Virus record (IMG/VR): IMGVR_UViG_3300025127_007327
Coordinates: 33,460 to 97,459 of that record
Reading direction: 5' to 3' (one strand)
DNA length: 64,000 nucleotides
Source of the DNA: a virus
Shown here: positions 52,354 through 60,071 of the stretch, in pieces
How positions within the stretch are numbered: the first letter of the stretch is position 1
How the letters are laid out: every line of letters starts with the position of its first letter
Translations under genes and position numbers: made by a program
The notes under the pieces: model-generated
Database searches by the model: none
What the model saw: the letters and a program-made list of their open reading frames with translations, nothing else
Told to the model about the DNA's origin: nothing

Positions 52354-52827
52354 GTGAAAATGAAAAGGTCAGAACTTAAGCAGGTCATTAAAGAAGAACT
52401 CGAAACTGCAATAGACGAGGGCTTCCTTGATAGAATGATGGGTCGCGACAAAAAGGATAAACCAAAGAGCACATTAATCTATATGCCGGGTAAATCTATT
52501 CTTGAATTCTACAAGACCGGCTACGCCAACGTGATGGGCGCAGTTGTTAAATTGTTTGCACCAAAGGGCGCCGCTCTCGATCCCAATGATTTTTCTCAAG
52601 AAACAACAATTGAATTTGAATTTGACTTTCAGCACGGTGATGAATTCCTCGAACCGCGCTCGACATACGGAAATAGAATAAGGCGAAAGATTAAAAATGC
52701 TGCTTCTAATTTCTTAATAGACGCTCCAAACAAACCCGGCGGCTTTGAAAAAATTAAAGCCGAAGATCTGGCTAATAAAATCTATCAAGATGCACAAAAC
52801 CAAGCGCTGTACGGCACAAAGGAATAA
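52354..52827 (+). CDS. Putative internal head protein (shared-leader family)
   Basis: GTG at 52354, just after the upstream stop, gives MKMKRSELKQVIKEE. Confidence 0.6.
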   Translation: MKMKRSELKQVIKEELETAIDEGFLDRMMGRDKKDKPKSTLIYMPGKSILEFYKTGYANVMGAVVKLFAPKGAALDPNDFSQETTIEFEFDFQHGDEFLEPRSTYGNRIRRKIKNAASNFLIDAPNKPGGFEKIKAEDLANKIYQDAQNQALYGTKE

Positions 52828-52830
52828 ATA

Positions 52831-53967
52831 ATGAACGACAACGATAACAATGAGTTTGATTTTCTGCCGCCCGCAGAACCACCACCCTCTTTTAATCAGG
52901 AGAAAGATCACTATCACGAAGAAGTAGATGCTGAAGATTTCGGTATGGTCGAGGATTTCGGATTACAGATGGAATACTCTGATGAAGATCTACTCCCAGA
53001 GAACACGGCTCCTTCTTCAATAAACGTTGGCTTCGTTGGTGTTGGTGGCGGCGGTAACAAGATGGCTAACGCATTTCTTGAATTAGGTTTTAATAAAACA
53101 CTGCTTGTCAATACAACAGGCAAGGACATTCCAAAAAATGTCGAAGAGGATCACGTTGTCCTTATCCCCGATTCTGATGGAATTGGTAAAAACGTAGAAT
53201 ATGGAAAAGAGGTTTTAGCACAAAATGGAGCGATTGTCGAAGATGCTCTCCGCATCAAGTTTGGGAAAGTTGATTGGTTATTCGTCCTTGCTGGTGGCGG
53301 TGGCGGTACCGGTAGTAGCGTCACTGCTCTTCATCCTGTTTTTGAGCGCTACCTTCGCTCTGTTCAAGCTGCTGGACAAGTAGTATACATTACTTCATGG
53401 CCAACCGCACAAGAGAACCTAAACCCCACTATCGCTCGTAATGCGTTGGCGCTTGCTAACGATGTGTCAAGACACCCGCACATTATTCTTGACAACGAGC
53501 GTTCTACACGATTACTTCGCGGCCGGATTGGTATGCTTGGCATGTACCCTGTCGCAAACACACAATTTGCTAAGTCTTTCGCACAAATACTAAAGCTCTC
53601 CAGTGAGGATTCACCGATTCAATCTTTTGATAGTAAAGACTTAGAAACCTGTTTAGATCAGACCGGTCGAGCCTTTGTTGGCTCTACCATGATAAAAGAT
53701 CCAAATACAGGAAAGCTTGGATCGGTGATCCTTCACAACTGCATGAATCGTTCTGCATGTCCTCCACCCAAGGGTAAGGCTGCTGCTGGTTCGTTAGTGT
53801 TGGTTGTGTCAGAAGAGATGGTAGCAGACCCGAAGGTTAGCAAGAATATTGAGTCGGCAATCGCTTATGTCGGCGGTCGATGCGAGACACTTTTCTCTGG
53901 TGTTTACGTCAGAAAGAATGTGCCCGGATTGATTGCGATACTAAGTATGAATGGATTAGCGACATAG
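52831..53967 (+). CDS. FtsZ/tubulin-superfamily GTPase
   Basis: GFVGVGGGGNK (T1), VNT, DGIGKN (T3), AGGGGGTGS (T4 signature), LDNE, and SFDSKDL (T7-like loop). Confidence 0.9.
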   Translation: MNDNDNNEFDFLPPAEPPPSFNQEKDHYHEEVDAEDFGMVEDFGLQMEYSDEDLLPENTAPSSINVGFVGVGGGGNKMANAFLELGFNKTLLVNTTGKDIPKNVEEDHVVLIPDSDGIGKNVEYGKEVLAQNGAIVEDALRIKFGKVDWLFVLAGGGGGTGSSVTALHPVFERYLRSVQAAGQVVYITSWPTAQENLNPTIARNALALANDVSRHPHIILDNERSTRLLRGRIGMLGMYPVANTQFAKSFAQILKLSSEDSPIQSFDSKDLETCLDQTGRAFVGSTMIKDPNTGKLGSVILHNCMNRSACPPPKGKAAAGSLVLVVSEEMVADPKVSKNIESAIAYVGGRCETLFSGVYVRKNVPGLIAILSMNGLAT

Positions 53968-53976
53968 GAGATTATA

Positions 53977-54393
53977 ATGGCTAGACAAAAAAACACAAAA
54001 AGAATTGACCCTCGTTACTTTTTGAACGAGACAACATATAGGGACTTAAACGAACAAGAAGCACAAGTCCTTGATATGAGCAACCCCAGAGAATTCCGTA
54101 GCGCATATGTCGCCTTGAGACAAAAGCTTGGAAGGGAACCTGTTTTAAAGAATCCCGGCGAAGTAGAATATTATCAATTGAGATCTCTTGTAAAGACCAC
54201 TAGAACCTCTACGGGAGATTACGATAATAAATTTGGATACGCGCTGGATTATTCGACGGTGCCAAATATGACGCAATCTGCATACATTGATATGATTGAA
54301 CCGGGTGATAGAGCCGCCACAGATCCAGCAGTTTGGCTAGCACAAACTTTATTAAAGAGTAGAGGTATTAACAAAGTAGAAGTTGTTGGATAG
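53977..54393 (+). CDS. Hypothetical protein, possible head protein
   Basis: AGGAG ribosome-binding site; N-terminal ...YFLNE...DLNE repeats. Confidence 0.6.
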   Translation: MARQKNTKRIDPRYFLNETTYRDLNEQEAQVLDMSNPREFRSAYVALRQKLGREPVLKNPGEVEYYQLRSLVKTTRTSTGDYDNKFGYALDYSTVPNMTQSAYIDMIEPGDRAATDPAVWLAQTLLKSRGINKVEVVG

Positions 54394-54397
54394 TAAA

Positions 54398-54697
54398 ATG
54401 ATTAATTTATTAAACAAACTTTGGAATTTTTTAGTATCAAAAACATCACATGCTATTGCAGCAACACCAGTACTTGTAGAAGATACAACAGAAGAAATCG
54501 ATCTGCGCGCCTTATTTGTGCAAGTTTGCGTAAGCAAAGGTATGGGTGATAGACCTCTAAGAGAATCAAATGCAGTAGAATTATTTCTCGAATGGTATGA
54601 TGGGGAGCCTACTCACGATGCTATACTCGCATGTATGCCTGAATTTATGGCGCAAAATAATATAGTCAACGCTAAGTTTCAAAGGTTCTTTGGATGA
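54398..54697 (+). CDS. Hypothetical protein
   Basis: ATG at 54398 follows the upstream stop; amphipathic N-terminus. Confidence 0.55.
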   Translation: MINLLNKLWNFLVSKTSHAIAATPVLVEDTTEEIDLRALFVQVCVSKGMGDRPLRESNAVELFLEWYDGEPTHDAILACMPEFMAQNNIVNAKFQRFFG

Positions 54698-55542
54698 AAA
54701 TTAGTAAATCCAATCTTAAACAAATGATCAACGAAGAAATTGAACTTTTTCGGCATGAGCAAATAATGTTGCAAGAGCAGAGGCGAATTGACTTACTGCA
54801 TAATCAAATGCGACAAGAGGTGTTATCTGAAGATTGGAAAAAAGAATTACCGCACATAGGTCTTGATGTTCTTGGTCTTATTCCCGGCATCGGTGAAGCA
54901 GCAGATTTAACAAATGCAGCATTGTATGCCAAAAAAGGAGAACATTTAATGGCTGCGTTGTCAGTTATATCAATGATTCCTGCAGTTGGAGATGCTATTG
55001 GTAAAGGCGGCAAGATAGGAGTTTATCTTAGTAAGTTTGGGGCTAAGGGTGGAACAAGAGCCGGCACCTATTTGGGCAAGCTACTCTCTAAGCAAATGCC
55101 AAAAATTACTAAAACTCTTAACGCACTTAAATCAAATAAACTGATTGGTCAATATGTTGACGACATGGCTAAAGCTGTTACAAAATATGTTGACGATGTT
55201 GGTGCTGGAGTAGCAGATAAAATTTTGCCCCAAGTCCAGAAGGCAGTCGGCGTAGCGCCAACACAAACAGTTAGTAAAAACAAGTATGTTGCGCTGGCAC
55301 AGCAAGCTCAAGGCAAAACAATAGCACGTCAAAATAGACAGAAAATAGCGCAAGACTTATCTGGTGAAGAAGAATTAGATCAAGTCGCTGAAAGATCCCT
55401 GACTAAATCAGAAAAGAAAGAAAAAGAAAAAGTTGTTAAGGGCATGAAGAAATCTAAGAAAGATTTTAAACGTCGCTATGGTGACGATGCAGAATCAGTG
55501 ATGTACGCAACTGCAACTAAAATAGCAAAAGAAAAAGGGTGA
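54694..55542 (+). CDS. Shared-leader protein with pre-toxin-TG-like domain and basic C-terminal module
   Basis: Leader MKISKSNLKQMINEE; HIGLDVLGLIPGIGEAADLTNAALY...AALSVISMIPAVGD; C-terminal ...RYGDDAESVMYATATKIAK. Confidence 0.65.
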   Translation: MKISKSNLKQMINEEIELFRHEQIMLQEQRRIDLLHNQMRQEVLSEDWKKELPHIGLDVLGLIPGIGEAADLTNAALYAKKGEHLMAALSVISMIPAVGDAIGKGGKIGVYLSKFGAKGGTRAGTYLGKLLSKQMPKITKTLNALKSNKLIGQYVDDMAKAVTKYVDDVGAGVADKILPQVQKAVGVAPTQTVSKNKYVALAQQAQGKTIARQNRQKIAQDLSGEEELDQVAERSLTKSEKKEKEKVVKGMKKSKKDFKRRYGDDAESVMYATATKIAKEKG

Positions 55543-55543
55543 G

Positions 55544-55750
55544 GTGATTGTGTCTGCAAAAGCACAAGCATTTTTAGATACATGGTTAGCAAAACTTACG
55601 TCTAGAAAACTAATGGTGTGGTTGACGGCCACAGGGCTTACCTTAGCTGGGCACGTAACTAGCGAAGACTGGGTAATTATTTCAGCAATCTATATCGGAG
55701 GTCAGACAGTTATTGATGGCATCGCTAGATTGCGAGGTTATAATGACTAA
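55544..55750 (+). CDS. Putative holin
   Basis: 68 aa; SRK followed by two hydrophobic segments; YIGGQTVID motif. Confidence 0.65.
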   Translation: MIVSAKAQAFLDTWLAKLTSRKLMVWLTATGLTLAGHVTSEDWVIISAIYIGGQTVIDGIARLRGYND

Positions 55751-56126
55751 AAAGCTTATACTTGAATTTGCTTTGAAAAACTGGAAAACAATAACCATAG
55801 TGTTTTTATGTCTTGCTTTGGCTTTAAAAAGTCGATATGACTATCATCTTATGCAAAAGGCATATCAAATTCAGTCTGATTCAGTTCAAGCTCAGATTGA
55901 AGGTTTAAAAGAAATTCACAAACAAGAAATACAAAAGAAGCAATTACTCATGGAAAGTCATTTAGAATCTATTGCTGTTATTGAGCAAGAGTACGAAGAT
56001 GCACGTAAAGAACTAGAAGAGCTTAAATTAAATAAAACAAAAGAGTATACTAGAAAATATAGAGATGATAAGCAACAGCTTATTAAGGATATAGAAAACA
56101 AATTCGGAGTCGAATATGTTCCTTAG
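55743..56126 (+). CDS. Putative i-spanin (Rz-like)
   Basis: N-terminal transmembrane segment followed by coiled coil, directly after the holin. ATG 55743 is the more likely start than 55713. Confidence 0.55.
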   Translation: MTKKLILEFALKNWKTITIVFLCLALALKSRYDYHLMQKAYQIQSDSVQAQIEGLKEIHKQEIQKKQLLMESHLESIAVIEQEYEDARKELEELKLNKTKEYTRKYRDDKQQLIKDIENKFGVEYVP

Positions 56127-56535
56127 TTTATTGTTAATGTTAACATCAACTGTTTATGCGACTGAGCCACCAAAGTTTACAATACTTGAATACAAGGCAC
56201 CAGCACCCTTCGAGGGTGTTTTGTTTGACGAGAACGCAATGTCAAAGATCTTATCTGAGTATGATATTGCTTTGTACGCATGTGAAATAAGAACTGATTA
56301 TCAACTTAAAATACTCCGAGAAGAATATGAATACAAATTAGAAAATATTAAAATTGAACACGATTCCTTGACTAGAGAATACGATTTATTTATAATGCAA
56401 AAAGATAAAGAAATACAAGCTTTATCTAGCTCTTTGAAAAAAACTTCTCCGCAATATAAATGGTTGTGGTTTATTGGTGGCGTTGCACTTGGTGGTGCTA
56501 GTTATTATGCAATCGACAAGGAACTATCAAAATGA
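56116..56535 (+). CDS. Putative spanin partner: signal peptide, coiled coil and C-terminal TM
   Basis: Signal-like MFLSLLLMLTSTVYA, PAPFEGVL, coiled coil, then WLWFIGGVALGGASYYA. Confidence 0.5.
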   Translation: MFLSLLLMLTSTVYATEPPKFTILEYKAPAPFEGVLFDENAMSKILSEYDIALYACEIRTDYQLKILREEYEYKLENIKIEHDSLTREYDLFIMQKDKEIQALSSSLKKTSPQYKWLWFIGGVALGGASYYAIDKELSK

Positions 56536-57080
56536 AACACGCTAACTTACCACATCACTTTTATGTATGGGTCAACAATTCTTACTTGGGCCCAAACATG
56601 CCGGAAGGTTATACCTACGCTTTATGGCATGGTATACATTCTAGAGAGGGTCAGATTCCAATGGCACATGTCTTATTAGAGTCAGGCGCTCACTGGTCAG
56701 GCTTGCCTTTGCATGCAATGTCAGACTTTCACGGACCTGAATCGTGGGAAGAAAAACCATATTTAGATTTGTGTCCTTGGGCTGCTATGGGTCCAGATAT
56801 CGAAGCTTATGGCGCAAAGTATCTTGAAGGTCTTGAAGTCGAATTATTTAGATTTGGTTGGAAAGGCAGACACACAGGTATTATGATTGATTGGACAAAT
56901 GGCTTTGACCGCTATCCACAAGAGCATAAACCTTTGAACCTTGTATCGCTTGATGATGGACAGTTCGCCCTGCAGCCAAACAATTATTGCAGATTCAGAG
57001 ACGATCATCTTGTCAATAAAGATAAATTCAAAGAAACTAAAAATTACCGACGCGGCGAAGATGTTTGGTGGGGTGTATGA
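56532..57080 (+). CDS. Conserved hypothetical phage protein
   Basis: LESGAHWSGLPLHA...EHK...GQFALQPNN motifs; function unknown. Confidence 0.65.
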   Translation: MKHANLPHHFYVWVNNSYLGPNMPEGYTYALWHGIHSREGQIPMAHVLLESGAHWSGLPLHAMSDFHGPESWEEKPYLDLCPWAAMGPDIEAYGAKYLEGLEVELFRFGWKGRHTGIMIDWTNGFDRYPQEHKPLNLVSLDDGQFALQPNNYCRFRDDHLVNKDKFKETKNYRRGEDVWWGV

Positions 57081-57466
57081 GCGAAAAAGATTTTGATAAA
57101 ATCGCATCTATCGAAAAAGCGATTAAAGAAAAGTATGGAGAAGAAGCAATTGCCAATCCACATGCTGGCTGGGATGAAGAAAAAGAAAAATTATATCTTA
57201 ACCAGATGAAAGAAATGTACGATAAGATTAAAAGAAATGAAGAGTACGTTGAGAAAATTGATATAAATGGTATAAAGGTTTCAAAAAAACTACTTAATAG
57301 AGAACATTTACGTTCTTGCCCGGTTTGTTCTTCATTCCCAAGTGGTGTTAAAGATGATGTTTGTATAACAAAATTTAAATGTTGTCACAAATGTTATATT
57401 CAATACGTTGATGGAAGAGAAGAAAGATGGGAGCAAGGATGGCGACCACAAATTAAAAAAGGATAA
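57077..57466 (+). CDS. Zn-finger protein upstream of the terminase
   Basis: CPVC...C...CCHKC and C-terminal WEQGWRP; ATGA overlap at 57077. Confidence 0.65.
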   Translation: MSEKDFDKIASIEKAIKEKYGEEAIANPHAGWDEEKEKLYLNQMKEMYDKIKRNEEYVEKIDINGIKVSKKLLNREHLRSCPVCSSFPSGVKDDVCITKFKCCHKCYIQYVDGREERWEQGWRPQIKKG

Positions 57467-57471
57467 TTATA

Positions 57472-58020
57472 ATGGCTACAGTTTACGAAATCGTTCAGGG
57501 CTTGTCACAAGCAGCAGCTAACGCTTATGATGGCGCCCTTGATGAAAATGGGGAACCACTCTTGGTTGGATTGCAAAGAGAGGAGGGAGATCCCATTTTA
57601 GACAAAAGAGTTATGGATGGATTTAATGTCCGCTTTAGTGGAAACATGATGACTCTTTCCTACATGTCAGAAGTGCAATTAAAGGAAGTTTATGCTAGCG
57701 GTTTTGAAACAAGAGTTGAAGAACAGATTGCTGAAATAGCTGCTTTCCTTAAAAAAGAATATCGAAAGATTCGTGGTGAATCAGTTGCTCTTACTAAAGA
57801 AGGAGAGTTGGATGTGCGTGTCGAAAACTCCACTAGAGTGCGCTCATGGGTAACAGCCGTTTGCAATTATAGAGTTGGTGGTCTTAATGAAGATATGGCA
57901 GTAGCTGCTGAAGCCGACACTAAACCTGAAGATAGCTTTAGAAAGTTTATTGATCAAGGTGGCTGGACTGGCGATGGCGGAAAGCGTCCACAAAACGATA
58001 CCAGAAAAAAGGAATCGTAA
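57472..58020 (+). CDS. Hypothetical protein (head module)
   Basis: AAGGA ribosome-binding site; ACTACTTA motif upstream. Confidence 0.65.
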   Translation: MATVYEIVQGLSQAAANAYDGALDENGEPLLVGLQREEGDPILDKRVMDGFNVRFSGNMMTLSYMSEVQLKEVYASGFETRVEEQIAEIAAFLKKEYRKIRGESVALTKEGELDVRVENSTRVRSWVTAVCNYRVGGLNEDMAVAAEADTKPEDSFRKFIDQGGWTGDGGKRPQNDTRKKES

Positions 58021-58021
58021 A

Positions 58022-58483
58022 ATGAAAATCACCGAAGATCAATTAAGACGCATTATAGTTGAAGAATATATTAAAGAAGAAAATTTGGATGAGTATAGCG
58101 AGGAAGCTGAAAAGCTCATTAAGAAAATGGTTGGCGACAAAGAGTACGCACGTCGAAGAGCTTTAGAAAATCCAAAAACCTCTGAGCCCTCTGACACTGC
58201 ACCAATGGAAAAGCCACATTCTGATTCCGATGATGATGTCGTTATGTCTGGTAATATTGAAGATGCAATTTATGATATGGTCAAAGGTGCTGATACAGGC
58301 GAAGTAGCAGAAATCTTTAATGCTGTGTTTTCGCGTTTTGAACCTGAAGCGGCCGAAGAAATTATGACTTCCTTGTACGGTGGCAAAGAAATGGATGCAA
58401 GACAGCAGCAAGGTAGACAAGTTGGGTTCAAGCTTGAAGAACTCAAATTTTTAATTAAAAAAGTTTTAGCTGAGAGTGTATGA
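58022..58483 (+). CDS. Putative internal head/scaffold-associated protein (shared-leader family)
   Basis: ATG 58022 gives MKITEDQLRRIIVEE; a leader-like helix also occurs at the C-terminus. Confidence 0.6.
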   Translation: MKITEDQLRRIIVEEYIKEENLDEYSEEAEKLIKKMVGDKEYARRRALENPKTSEPSDTAPMEKPHSDSDDDVVMSGNIEDAIYDMVKGADTGEVAEIFNAVFSRFEPEAAEEIMTSLYGGKEMDARQQQGRQVGFKLEELKFLIKKVLAESV

Positions 58484-60063
58484 GCTTTGAACTCACCAAA
58501 AAACAAAAAGTTCAAGAAATCTTAAAGTGCGGAGCAGACCCTGCTTACTTCTTAAGAAACTATGCCCGTATATCTCACCCGATGCACGGGCTTATACTTT
58601 TTAATACTTATGACTTTCAGGACGTATTGCTGAATGATTTTAATGATCACAGATTTAATGTAATTTTAAAAGCAAGACAGTTGGGTATTTCAACGATTAC
58701 AGCCGGGTATATTTCTTGGTTAATGCTGTTCCACAAAGACAAGTCTATTCTTGTTATGGCAACAAAATTCGCCACAGCAGGAAACCTTGTAAAGAAAGTC
58801 AAAAGTATTATGAAGAACCTTCCAGAGTGGATTCGTATTGCTACTATCTCGGTTGATAACAGAACATCTTTTGAGTTGTCAAATGGCTCAACAATTAAGG
58901 CAGCATCTACATCTGGGGATGCTGGTCGTTCTGAAGCACTGTCACTGTTGGTGCTTGATGAGGCTGCACATATTGAGGGCTTAGAAGAGTTGTGGACTGG
59001 TCTGTATCCTACACTGTCTACTGGTGGTCGCTGTATTGCACTATCTACTCCTAACGGTGTTGGAAATTGGTTTCATAAAACTTGCGCTGATGCCGAATCG
59101 GGAGCAAACAACTTTAATCTAACAACGTTACCGTGGGACGTGCATCCTGATAGAGATGAAGAATGGTACAAAAAAGAAACTAGAAACATGTCCAAGCGTC
59201 AGATTGCACAAGAGCTTGAGTGTAACTTCAACACATCTGGCGAAACTGTAATTGATCCTGACTGTATGGAATGGCTTTTATCAAATGTACGTGAACCGAA
59301 ATACAGAACAGGATTTGACAGAAATATTTGGATGTGGGAAGAGTACGATCCATCTTGTAACTATCTGATGGTAGCTGATGTAGCCAGAGGCGATGGTGCT
59401 GACTACTCTACATTTCACATTGTAAAACTTGAGACACTAGAAGTTGTGGTAGAATATCAAGGAAAACCAACTCTTGATATGTACGCGAATGTGCTCAATC
59501 AAGTTGGTAGAGAATTTGGAGAGTGCTTATTGGTTGTCGAAAACAACAATGTTGGATATTCAGTATTGGATAAACTTTTAGAGATGGAATATCCTAATTT
59601 GTATCATTCGATAAAGTCAACCCATGAATATATTGATCAGTATATGGCTGAAAGTATGAATTCTGCAGTGCCCGGTTTTACCACTTCTATGAAGACTAGA
59701 CCTCTTATCATAGCGAAATTAGAAGAGTTTATCAGAAATAAACTAATTACGGTATATTCATCTCGCACTATAAGTGAAATGAAGACTTTTATTTGGAGGA
59801 ACGGTAAACCACAAGCAATGAAAGGCTACCATGATGATTTAATTATGGCGTTGGCAATTGCATGTTGGGTTAGGGATACAGCACTTCAGGCTAGTGCCAG
59901 AGACTTAAACTACAAAGAAGCTTTCGCTAAAGCTGTTTATACCACAAAAACTGTTATGAATACACAAATTAAGGGTCAACACGGCTACAAAGAAAAAGAA
60001 ATATTTGATAAAATTAGTGAAGCAAAAAGCTTATACGAACAATACAAATGGATTATAAAGTGA
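58480..60063 (+). CDS. terL: Terminase large subunit (T4 gp17-like)
   Basis: LKARQLGIST (Walker A-like), LVLDEAA (Walker B), STPNG, and nuclease motifs ADVARGDGADYS and HDDLIMA. Confidence 0.96.
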   Translation: MSFELTKKQKVQEILKCGADPAYFLRNYARISHPMHGLILFNTYDFQDVLLNDFNDHRFNVILKARQLGISTITAGYISWLMLFHKDKSILVMATKFATAGNLVKKVKSIMKNLPEWIRIATISVDNRTSFELSNGSTIKAASTSGDAGRSEALSLLVLDEAAHIEGLEELWTGLYPTLSTGGRCIALSTPNGVGNWFHKTCADAESGANNFNLTTLPWDVHPDRDEEWYKKETRNMSKRQIAQELECNFNTSGETVIDPDCMEWLLSNVREPKYRTGFDRNIWMWEEYDPSCNYLMVADVARGDGADYSTFHIVKLETLEVVVEYQGKPTLDMYANVLNQVGREFGECLLVVENNNVGYSVLDKLLEMEYPNLYHSIKSTHEYIDQYMAESMNSAVPGFTTSMKTRPLIIAKLEEFIRNKLITVYSSRTISEMKTFIWRNGKPQAMKGYHDDLIMALAIACWVRDTALQASARDLNYKEAFAKAVYTTKTVMNTQIKGQHGYKEKEIFDKISEAKSLYEQYKWIIK

Positions 60064-60071
60064 GAATATAA

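Noticed and set aside
52831-53967. Calling the tubulin PhuZ and the phage nucleus-forming
   Set aside because: No chimallin or phiKZ-type genes are recognisable in the window and the PhuZ-like C-terminal tail is missing; this cannot be supported without a phylogeny.
57077-57466. RecA/UvsX gene
   Set aside because: Only an N-terminal helix resembles RecA; there is no Walker A motif and the protein is about 130 aa.
46369-60063. Inteins or introns in primase, SbcDC or terminase
   Set aside because: Lengths and motif spacing are normal, with no intein splice motifs or homing-endonuclease ORFs.
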